64,000 nucleotides of DNA, taken from positions 18,228,001-18,292,000 of the forward strand of contig NC_043017.1 in NCBI RefSeq assembly GCF_006345805.1. Reading direction: 5' to 3'. The translations under genes and the position numbers were made by a program. The notes beneath the pieces were generated by a model. The model was not told where the DNA came from and did no database searches. It saw nothing but the letters and a program-made list of their open reading frames with translations. Shown one piece after another: positions 38,594 to 50,800 of the stretch; position 1 is the first letter of the stretch, and every line of letters starts with the position of its first letter. This DNA comes from Octopus sinensis (lineage: Eukaryota).

Positions 38594-38630
38594 TTTGGTC
38601 TGCAAATGGCTGACACACACCACACACACA

Positions 38631-38670
<40 letters not shown>

Positions 38671-41600
38671 ATCATCATCATTTAACATCTGTTTTCCATG
38701 CTGGCATGGGTTGGATGACTTGTCAGAGAGCTGAACCAAGCTTCACTGTCTGTTTTGGCATGGTTTTTACAGCTGGATGCCCTTCCTAACATCAACCACA
38801 TTACAGAGTGTACTGGGTGTTTTTCATGTGGCACCAGAGCTAGCTACAGTTAAAGAATTCTAAGGCAACCAAAAATATTGAGTTTAAATCTGTAAATAAA
38901 TACAGCTTACTGTTTTGCAAGAGTACCACTACAACCCTGAGTAGTATAAGAGGTTACCAAACACTGAAATTTTTGGTAGCATGAAGGACATCTAATCATA
39001 AAATAACTCACTCAATAAAACTGTCCAATCCATTCTATCCTGAAAATATGAACATAACACTGTGATGATTGTGATGATGATGATGATGGTGGTGATAGTG
39101 GTAGTGATGATGATGATAAAAGCATCAGTGGGGCCATCTACTCACCCTGCCTTTGTATTCTTCAATGATTTCTTCAGCCTGTGTCAGTTTGGTCTGCAAA
39201 TGGTTGACATTGGTTTCAGCTTCGGTCAACTTTGATGTCAATTCCTCTTGGATAGACTGGAACGAGAAATACTAACAATGACCAACTGACTAAGAAGTGA
39301 CCAACGACCAAGAAGCCAAATCTGTAATGTCCCCGTGTGTTGACCAATAATCTAAATTACAGTGAATAGAATGGCTACAGGTGACGACTGTCTACTTTGT
39401 CCAGTTTAGTGTCTCTACACAGGATGAGTTACATCAAATATCTGATGGTCAACTATGACATTGTGCAGTAGTGTTAACTGTAACAGTGAACAATAGTTGG
39501 AGTGTTAAGCACACCAGTGAACAATAGTTGCAATGTTAATTGTAACAGTAAACAGTGGTGACATTGTTAAATGTGGTAGCATTAACAATGAACATTGTTA
39601 AATGTGGTAGCATTAACAATGAACAATAGTTTTAGTGTTAACTACAGCAAAAATTGTTGTGTAGCCCCAGTGCATATCATATAAATATGATCAAAGATAT
39701 TCCAGCTATGCCCATCTCATCTGTATACCATGGACTACATCAGCCAATGGATTCTCCTTCAAGATAGTGGTACATGAGTTGAGAGATTTGGCTGTTATTT
39801 CTAGCAGGTTAAAAAACTTCGTCAGAGACTGCCACATTGACTTGTAACAAGAACACCAATGATGGTGTTAACTGTAACAGTGAATAGTAAACGGTAACAG
39901 TAAACACTAGTAGTGTTAATAATTGTGACAGTAAACATCACTGGGGATGTTAACTGTGACAGTAAACAGTTGTTGATGTTAACTTAGAATTATTAATGTG
40001 GTGTTAACTGCAACAATAAACAAGAATGTTTACCATTAATTTCTCATTCTCCTGACATTTGTTCTGACACTCCAACGTCTTCTCCTCCAGCATGGCAGAC
40101 ATTCTAGATGTTTCTGTAGAATTGTCCTCATAGAGGTGGATCTTATTTTGCAGATCTTCCATTTCTCTGTGAGAAGAGAGAGAAAGACAGAGAAACGGTT
40201 CAAACTCCATGGGAGATTTACAAATATAGTAGTACACACACATATATACATTTATACACACATACACACATGGTTTGGAACAATTAGTATACATAATACG
40301 TGTATAAACAAAGGCAGCGGGCTGGCAGAAATGTTAGCACCCCGGGTTAAATCCTTAGCAGTATTTCCTCTGTTTTTACGTTCTGAGTTCAAATTCTGCT
40401 GAGGTTGCCTTTCATCCTTTCGGGGTCGATAAATTAAGTACCAGTTGCTCTGAGGCTAAGGAATGACTGGTGCCACATTTGGAGTGGTTCAAACCATTTC
40501 CAATCAGAAATCTTTTGCAATTTAAAAAACACCAAGAGCTGAGAGTAATCCTCATCATCATTTAACCCTTTACATACACATGTGTACCAACACACTCCCA
40601 CATCTTCAACCTCCCATATATATATCTATATATATATATATATATCATCATCATCCTCGTTTAGCGTCCACTTTCCATGCTAGCATGGGTTGGACGGTTC
40701 AACTGGGGTCTGGGAAGCCAGAAGGCTGCACCAGGCCCAGTCTGATCTGGCAATGTTTCTACGGCTGGATGCCCTTCCTAACGCCAACCACTCCGTGAGC
40801 GTAGTGGGTGCTTTTTACGTTCCACCGGCACAGGTGCCAGACGAGGCTGGCAAACGGCCACGATCGGATGGTGCTTTTTACATGCCACCGGCACGGAGAC
40901 AGGTGAGGCTACACACACACACACACACACACAAAACATGCTTCTTTCAGTTTCCATCTATCAAATCCACCCACAAGATTTTAGTCCAGTGATTCCCAAT
41001 CTTTTTTGATATCTGGGGCCAGATCCTAAACCTGGATTTTTTCCAGGGATCACACCAAAAAGAAAAAGAAGCAAAATATGAGTCAACTAAAGAAAAATAT
41101 ATATTCATAGAGGGAAAGACAATCAAGGAAAGATGCCTGATGGCTACACAAGGCCCTGGGAGGTGCGGTTGACAACCACTGCTTTAGTCAGCCCGGGGCT
41201 ATTTCAAAAACACTCCCCCACTATGCACCATAGTGCTGAACCAAAGCTGGGACTGAACTCCAAACCACAAGGTTGCAAAGTAGACCTCTCAACCACAAAG
41301 CCACGTCTACACCTATCATGAAGCTAAATATACCATTTGATGGCAACGACCTGCCTGCTGGTTGCTTCTTTGTCACAGTATGGCCAAAATAAAATATGAC
41401 CGAATTAACACCTTCTCAAATAACTTTATACAAGAATCTCTCTGTTATGTTCTTAACACTAACTGAATTATGTAAAAAAAAAAAAAAAATTTTAACTGTT
41501 GATTATTTGATTATTTTACGATTAAAATTCTTGATTTTGATCCCAAAGAGAATTTAAACAAATACACAGTGTCTGTTATTTCTTTGGAGAAACTTGGGGC

Positions 41601-43019
41601 GTAAACATGGCTGAGTGTTTATCATCACAATTATTTGTTCAAAATACATAAAGACTTCCTTGCAGAAAAGGCTTCAGAAGAGAGACAGAAAGACACACAC
41701 ATCTGTACATACATATTAATACACACACACATTTATCTATCTACCTCTCTCTCTCTCCCTATATATATATATATACACACACCACACACACACATATACC
41801 TAGATACACACAGAATGATTGTATGTATCATCATCATCATCGTTTAACGTCCGCTTTCCATGTTACCATGGGTTGGACGATTTTGACTAAGGGCTGGCGA
41901 GCCAGATGGCTGCACCAGGCTCCAGTCTTGATCTGGCAGAGTTTCTACGGCTGGATGCTCTTCCTAACGCCAACCACTCCGAGAGTGTAGTGGGTGCTTT
42001 TTACGTGCCACCGGCACGGGGGCCAGTCAGGCGGTACTGGCAATGACCTTGCTCGAATCTTTTCACACATGCCAGTGAAGCGACATTGGTAACGATCACG
42101 CTCGAATGGTGCCCTTGTATGTGCCACAGGTACAGAAGCCAGTTGGTTGCTCTGGCAACGATCACACTTGGATTGTGCTCTTGGCACCCTACTAGCACAG
42201 GCATGAGTGCCAGTAAGGCGACGCTGGTAACGATCACACTCATATGGTGCTCTTTGCACCCCACTAGCACAGATGCCAGTCATAACACAGATGCCAGTCA
42301 TAGCACAGATGCCAGTCATAGCACAGATGCCAGTCATAGCACAGATGCCAGTCATAGCACAGATGCCAGTCATAACACAGATGCCAGTCATAGCACAGAT
42401 GCCAGTCATAACACAGATGCCAGTCATAACACAGATGTGTGTACATTTTATGATTGTATGTATATGCATGTATATGCAACACACACACACACACACACAC
42501 AGAGGAAAAGGTGATGGGGTGGGCAACTTACTGCTTTAGCTTAGAACATTCTGCAAAAGCCGAGCTCTTCTCTTGACTGATTTGTTCCAATCTTGTCCTG
42601 TAGACATCAAGCTGTGTGCTGGCATCAGTGAGTTCTTTCTCTTTGTTTACCAATTCAGAGTTTAGGTGTTCCACAGTGTCTTCTGTGTAGCTGGCCTTCT
42701 GCTTCAGCAGCCTGAAAGAAATCACAGCAAGGAGACACATAACACAGACTATACACACACTACAGACTATACACACACTACAGACTATACAGGCAGCAAG
42801 CTGGCAAAAACGTTAGCACGCCGGGCGAAATGCGTAGCCGTATTTCGTCTGTCGTTACGTTCTGAGTTCAAATTTCGCCAAGGTCGACTTTGCCTTTCAT
42901 CCTTTCAGGGTCGATAAATAAAGTACCACTTTCGCACTGGGGTTGATGTAATCCACTTAATTCCTTTGTCTGTCCTTGTTTGTCCCCTCTATGTTTAGCC
43001 CCTTGTGGGCAGTAAAGAA

Positions 43020-43050
<31 letters not shown>

Positions 43051-44770
43051 TACAACACACATTTATCAAGTTAGAAAACAGAGAGATCTAATGGAATCAA
43101 ATTAATTTATTAATTAATCAACATATTCACCAACGAGTGTTTCGTTTCACAAACAAAATTAAAATTACAAAACATAAATGCAGGAGTGGCTGCGTGGTAA
43201 GTAGCTTACTTACTAACCACATGGTTCCCGGTTCAGTCCCACTGCATGGCACCTTCGGCAATTGTCTACTACTACAGCCTCAGGCCAACCAAAGCCTTCT
43301 GAGTGGATTTGGTAGACAGAAACTGAAAAGACTGCCATGTCATGTGAGTGTGTGTGTGTGTGCCTGTGTGTATACGCTTGTGTGTGTGTCTGTGTCTGTC
43401 AACCCACCATTGCTTGACAATCGATGTTGGTATGTCTACGTCCTTGTAACTTAGCAGTTTAGCAAAAGTGACCTATAGAATAAGTACTAGGCTTACAAAG
43501 AATATGTCCTAGGGTCGATTTGCTCAACTGAAGGCGGTGCTCCAGCATGGCCACAGTCAACAAGTAAAAGAATAAATAGATAAATATATAATTTTGCCTT
43601 TTAAATTCCTGGTACTTATACTGTGGGTCTCTTTTGCTGAAACACTAAGTTACAAGGATGTAAGCACACCAACACCAGTTGTCAGGCAGTGACTAGGGAC
43701 AAACACAGACACAAAGACACACACACATAGCTATATAATGACAGGCTTTTTTGAGTTTCCATCTACCAAATCCACTCAGAAGGCTTTTGTTGGCTAAGGG
43801 CTATAGTAAAAAGACACCCAAAGGTGCCATGCAGTGCGACTGAATTGAAAGTACCTTGGTAGATAAACAATTAAGAGAATGAAGACAGAGAAAGCCCCCG
43901 GCCCATCAAGAATCACCACAGAGATGCTTAAAATATCTGGCGGTGTTGGCCACCTGTATAGTCAACCTGGTGATACAAGAAGGCATCATACCCAATGGCT
44001 GGAGTAGCAGCACCATAGTCAACTGCTACAAAGGTAAAGGTGATGCATTAGATACGAATAATTACAGAGAGTCAAATTATTGCATCAAGTAATGAAAGTC
44101 ACGGAGAGAGTCAGTCTAGATGAGATGCAGTTTGAGTCTGTGCCAGGGAAAAGCACCACTAATGCTATATTTCTGGTAAGGCAGCTGCAGGAAAAATACC
44201 CCACCAAAGATAAACCTCTGTACCTAGCTTTCGTTGACATGGAGAAAGCCTTTGACAGGGTCCCCCGATCCCTTATCTGGTGGTCAATGTGGAAACTAGG
44301 GATAGATGAATGGTTAGTGAGAGCTGTGCAAGCCATGTACAGGGATGCTGTGAGTAAGGTGAGGGCTGGCAATGAGTACAGTGAAAAATTCCGCGTAGGG
44401 GTCCACCAAGGATCATTCCTTAGTCCCCTCTTATTCATCATAGTGCTCCAGGTAATAACAGAGGAATTAAAGACAGGATGCCCCTGGGAGCTCCTCTATG
44501 CTGATGACCTTGCTCTAATAGCTGAGTCACTATCAAAACTAGAGAAGTTTCAGGTGTGGAAGCAAGGTCTAGAATTGAAAGGCCTTACAGTCAATCTAGT
44601 AAAAACAAATAAAATTACTTATTCTGTTAGATCTGTGGAATTACACAGATCAGAGGAAGACAAGGGGTGGGAGGGGGAGAGAGAAAGAGGAGAGCAAGAG
44701 AGAGAGGAAGAGCAGGCGCATGTGTGTGTTTGCAGTTGATTGTAAAATAATGTTCAAACTGTTTGTTGCT

Positions 44771-44801
<31 letters not shown>

Positions 44802-47800
44802 CATTATCATCATTTAACGTGTTTTCCATCCTGGCAATTATATGTATGTATATAAGGTGTATGTGTGTATATATATATATAATATATATTATGTATGTGT
44901 TTATGCATGTATGTATGTATGAGTGTGTGTGTCTATATAACCTAATTAGCACACTCACACTACAACAGCTAATTAATTGGCTAATTAACTGAGAAATTAG
45001 TAGAAATCCCCAATTAAATATTCATGGTAATATAATTTCACTACTCACAGTTTTGAACTGCTAAACATTATTATTTCATTTCCTTAATTTGAATCTTCAT
45101 TCATACATTTCTATACATACTTTTTTGAATACTCATTACATCAATAATTCTGCATCTTTACACTTACACTTTTTCCATGACAGTAGATAAAGTTTTTATT
45201 CCACAACATATTTGGAGTAGATTCATGCAGGCATAGTGTGGATTTGATCCTCGATTGCCAAATTTCACTTAACATTTCAACAGTGCTTTTCTCACGGTAA
45301 AACAATAGTTTTTCTGTGAATGACAGCAATTATACATTTCCCAGATGCCTTCGCTAAGCGGAATAATGTCTTTGCCTCTCGCCGCCAACCTTTGAAAACC
45401 TCTCTCACCAACCTCTAACAATCTCTCCCTCCTCCAGCTGACAGTTTTTGTACTTTTTCGTGACGGAAAATAGACCTTTTGTGGCAGTTATAACGAAATT
45501 GCTTTCTTATATCAAAGTAATAAGGCATTTCAATAGAACATCTTTACCCCCCCCCCCAGGAATTACCGGGTACACCAGCTAGTATATGCATATATAAATA
45601 CACACATTCATACACATAACTACATATACACAGAGAAATTCATACACATATACACACAACACACACTCATATGCACAATCAATTTCACACACACACACAT
45701 TTACATATATATATACATTGATATTACAGCAATTGGACAGACTTGTATAAGATGCCATGAACCACCTTGCAATCATTCCTGCCACACAAGTACATCCAAC
45801 AATGGTGCTTATAGTAGCTCACATTTAAATCTTGATTTTACTAAGTGATATTTATCTCTCATTGAATGGAATATTTTTTTGCTAATCCTACCAATAATAA
45901 AACAGTTCTATACCTATATATACACACACACCTCCCACAGAAACAAGACAGGAATCTATTGATATTCACACAAACAGACAGAATATTGGTTTCAAATTTT
46001 GCCAGAAGGGCAGCAATGGTGGGGAAGGTTTACAAGTCGATTATATCGACCCCAGTGCTCAACTGGTACTTATTTTATCGATCCCAAAAGGATGAAAAGC
46101 AAAGATGATCACGGCCTCATTTGAATTCGGAGCGTAAAGTCAGACGAAATGCACTTTTTCCGGCGCGGTAACCCTTCTGTCAGTTCGCCGCTTTCAAATA
46201 GGGAAAATATTAAATCTACTGATTTATCTCCCCTGCATCACTAACATTATTTTGGCCAAACCAGTGGTAAACTCTACCAGATATAACCATCGGTTTCAGT
46301 TCGGTCAGCGACATCGCTGTGAGAAAAAAAGTTACACATCATTTCGTTTGTTAATTACTATAAATGTTAACAGCTTATTAATATTTTGAAATATCTTGAA
46401 AGTGGCCGGACTGTTTATCACTTTGAATACTACCGATTCCATTGAAATCTTGATACACTGAGCGGTGATAGAGAGTTGCTTCAGTTTTTAATTAATAAAT
46501 ACCTCAATTAATGAAATCGTGGTTCATTTTCCCTAATTTCATTATTAGAAACTTCGTTAAGGCGGCAAGCTGGCGGAATCATTAGCACGCCGGGCGAAAT
46601 GCTTAGCAGTATTTCGTCTGTCATCATGTTCTGAGTTCGAATTTCGCCAAGGCCGACTTTGCCTTTCGTCCTTTAGGGGTCAAGAACTGGGGTCGGTGCG
46701 ATCGACTTACCTCCTGCCCCAAACTTTCAGGCCTTGTGCCTACAGTAGAAAGGATTATTAGAAGCTTCGTTAAGGCTTCAAGCTGGTGCAGTCTTTAACA
46801 TGGAAGGAAGCCTTTTCCCTGTCTTTACGTTCTGAGTTCAAACTACACTGTGGTGGACTTGGCTTGGTGCAGTTGACTAGCACCTCCACCAAAATCAAGA
46901 ACTTGTGACAACAGTAGAAAGGATTATTAGAAACTGTGTTGCCAGAGTAAAGAAAAACAGTTTTATGGAGGTAAGTTTTTATTTAGGAGAGAAAAAAAAA
47001 ATACTTTATAAAATATGGCAGACCTAGAATACTCAAGTCCTGTCCACAAAATTATCTAATAATCGTTTTAATGTCCCATTTCCTATGCTTGCATGGTTCA
47101 GACAGAATTTTGTGAGGCAGGTTTTATTGAAATGGACACCTTTCCTGTTATCAAATCTGTCTTTACGTTGTGATTTCAAATTCTGCTGAGGTTGTCTTTG
47201 CCTTTCATCCCTTCAGGGTTGGTAAATTAAGTACCAGTTGCATACTAGGGTCCATGTAATCAACTGCCTGCCCCCCCCACCACCAAATTTCAGGCCTTGT
47301 GCCTAGAGTAGAAAAGAATTTACAACACCACAGCAGGACACTACAAACCAACAAGGGAGACTGTGTAGAAGGTGGTGCTTCATATGCTAGAAATAGTAGC
47401 TAAACTTCCTTCAACCCCCACCCCTTCCACAAACACAGATTGTCTTGGCTCCTGAGTTCCCTGGACATAGGATAAACACAGGATGGTCCTGCATGGAATG
47501 TCTTTGATCTTATGCCTGCTTAATCAGGGCTAAAATCAGATTAACCAACAATACCCACTCACCTACGCAAAACATCAAGTAAAGAATGAAAGCCACAGCA
47601 TCCCCATCACATCCAGTCATGTATTTTTACATTGAACTCTATTTCGACAATAAAACATCACATAACACTACAATACAGTGGACCAAGAATGAGGACCTCA
47701 GAATCTCCTCCACATCCAGGACTCTCTATTTCCAGCAACAACAAAACTAACAAACACATCACTGACCGTGTTGCTTTCTTCAAGTAACCTTTGTCCTTGT

Positions 47801-50800
47801 CTGACTGGTCTCTAACTGTGGACATTTGACGTTGCAGCCGTTTGTTGTCCATCACAGCCTCGGCCAATTGCTTCTCCAGGGTCTGACAAATTAAAAAAAA
47901 CAAAAACAGAAAATGTTAACGATACTGACAATCATTGTCGTTTATTTACACTTACTGTGGAGATGCACTGGCCCAGTGGTTAGCGCAGCGGACTCATGGT
48001 CACAGGATCGAGGTTTCGATTCCCAGACCGGACATTGTGAGTGTTTATTGAGCGAAAACACCTAAAGCTCCACGAGGCTCCAGCAGGGGGCGGGGGGGGG
48101 GAGCTTGTTGTACTCTTTCACCACAACTTTCTCTCACTCTTTCTTCCCGTTTCTTTTGTACTTGTATTTCAAAGGGCCAGCTTTGTCACACTGAATCACC
48201 CTCAGAACTGCGTTAAGGGTATACGTGTCTGTGGAGTGCTCAGCCACTTGCACGCTAATTTCATGAGCAGGCTGTTCCATTGATCGGATCACTTAGAACC
48301 CTCGTCATCATACCCGACAGTGCTACGTTTACACTTACAACTGAAATGGAGAAGCATTAAGAAATCTGTAAACACTTCTTTATTAACTTGAGTGAATGCC
48401 CTGACACATCTTCGCACCAGCCTCTCTCTTTTCCCTCTGGGTCAGCCATGTATCTCCCCCAGCACAGGATTAACCAATAGGCTAAGAAAGTACATGTTTA
48501 TGGCATCAAGGGAAGAAGGCAGGTAGCAGCACCAAAATGGTAAACAGTTTAAGGCACAAAAGAAATCACTTTAAACTTGTTAAAATAATATTCAGGATTG
48601 CTTATCTTTACTAAGTATAGCAGATGTGTTATGTAAGATTAATTCTAAGGATTTGGTCAAAGACTTTGCAATTAAAACAAAAGTAGGAGAAAACTTTTTA
48701 ATTAGAAATAAAGTGGAAGTATACGAAAAAAGCATTATTTTCCATCTTATTGTTGGTGTTGTTTATATTTTGGAAAATAAAAATTTATTTTAAGGTTTAT
48801 AATTGTTTATATTTTGAATTACATATATAAGGAGAGGGTACCAAAATTCTTTTAAATACTTAGGGCCTTTAAGGGTCTTAATCCAGCCCTAGTCTCCTTT
48901 ACAGCAAAATATTTGTTCTTGATTTTCTATTAATACTTTAATCTCTCATTAACTGGCATAAACCCACCTCCTTCAATACTATGCCCATCTTCAATTGTGT
49001 GTATGTGTGTGTATATACATACATATATAAATGAATATATATATATATATATATATATACATGAATGCATGTATATGTACATATACATATATATGCATAC
49101 ATACATATATATAATATATATATATGTGAATGTATGTATATGTATATACATACGTACGTATATATATATATAATATATATGAATGAATGTATATGTACAT
49201 ATACATATATATATGTATATACATACGTACGTGTATATATATATATATATATATATATATTTAACTTACACTATATCATCAAATTAATGAGTTGAAGCTT
49301 ATAGCTCTCATTAATCTTCATCAAATTAACCCTAAACCAGTCAATACAAAAAAGGTATGAAATAAAATTAAATGAGGACCCTAACAATTTCAGAATGAAA
49401 AGTCTAAGTTAGGAACTCGTGAAGAAATTAAAACAACTCTAGAGATAAACAGAATGAACAAATATGAGAGGGGAAGGGAGAGATATGGAGAGAGAAGAAG
49501 GGGGTAAGTAGGCAGGATAGAGAAGGACAGAAGATAGGAACGAGAGAGAGAGAGAGGGGAAGGAGGGTGAGATATGGGAAGAAAGAGGGAGGAGGCAAGA
49601 GGGTAGAAAAGACAGAGAGAAACAGAAGGTAGGAATGAAAGAGAAAAAGAAGGACTTAGTCACCTAGGTAATGGAAGCTATCGATTACTAGAAGTAGTCA
49701 ATAGCTTCCGTTACCTAGACGCCAACTCAGTAGCGGTGGTGGATGCTCCGAGAGTGCAGCTGCTAGAATAAGAATAGGCTGGGCAAAGTTCAGAGAGTTC
49801 CTACCTCTGCTGGTAATAAAGGATCTCTCACTCAGAGTGAAAATCTGATTGTACAAAGCCCGTGTGCAAACAGCCATGCTATACGGCAGTGAAACATGAG
49901 CTGTGACTGCTGGAGGCATGCGTAGACTTGAAAGAAATGAAGCTGGTATGCTTTGCTGGATGTGTAATGTCCGTGTACACGCACGACAGAGTGTAAGCAT
50001 CCTGAGAGAAACGTTGGGCACAAGAGACATTAGATGTGGTGTGCAAGAGAGACGACTGTGCTGGTATGGTCATGTGATTCCACCGAGGTCCACCTTGCCT
50101 TTCATCCTTTTGGGGGGTCGATAAATTAAGTACCAGTTACGCACTGGGGGCAATCTAAACGACTTAATTCCTTTGTTCCTTGTTTGTCCCCTCTGTGTTT
50201 AGCCCCTTGTGGGTAGTAAAGAAATAGGTATTGTCATGTGATGCATATGGACAAGTACAGCTGTGTGAAGTGTCATGCTCCAACAGTGGAGGGAACCTGT
50301 GACAGAGGTAGACCCATAAGAAGACATAGGAGGTGGTGAAGCACAATCTTCAAAAATTGGGCCTCACAGAGGCAATGACAAGTGACCAAGACCTTTGGAG
50401 ATATACCATGCTTGTGTAGACTGGTCCAGCCAAGTGAGACCATAGTTATGACCGATGCTGGTGTCAGGTCAGAGACATGTAAAAACACCCACTACACCCT
50501 CGGAGTGGTTGGCATTAGGAAGGGCATCCAACTGTAGAAAGTATGCCAAATCAGATTGGAACCTGGTGTATCTCACTGGCTTACCACTTTTCAGTCAAAC
50601 TGTTCAACCCATGCCAGCATGGAAAGCAGACATTAAATGATGATGATGATGATGGACTTGTTGATCTCAGTTGGACTTGAACTCATCATGCAGAGAGCCA
50701 CAACAAATATATCACAAAGTATTTTGTTTGATGCTCAAATGAGTCTGCAAACCTTACACTGACAACCTTAAAACCAACACCACTCTAAGTTTCTCGAAGA

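Noticed and set aside
41945-42539. ORFs with MTGICA/STDASH/CYDWHL repeats
   Set aside because: Translations of the 18-bp minisatellite and the adjacent TE.
45300-46560. CpG-containing, less repetitive stretches as a nested gene or promoter
   Set aside because: No ORF, splice pattern or recognisable motif to support a call.
47956-48030. tRNA-like A/B boxes as a tRNA gene
   Set aside because: It is the head of a TSD-flanked SINE with no complete cloverleaf; the same holds for the other SINE heads.
49440-49640. Purine-rich (GA) tract, also at 55970-56110, as a triplex-forming element
   Set aside because: Ordinary low-complexity sequence without a clear mirror repeat.
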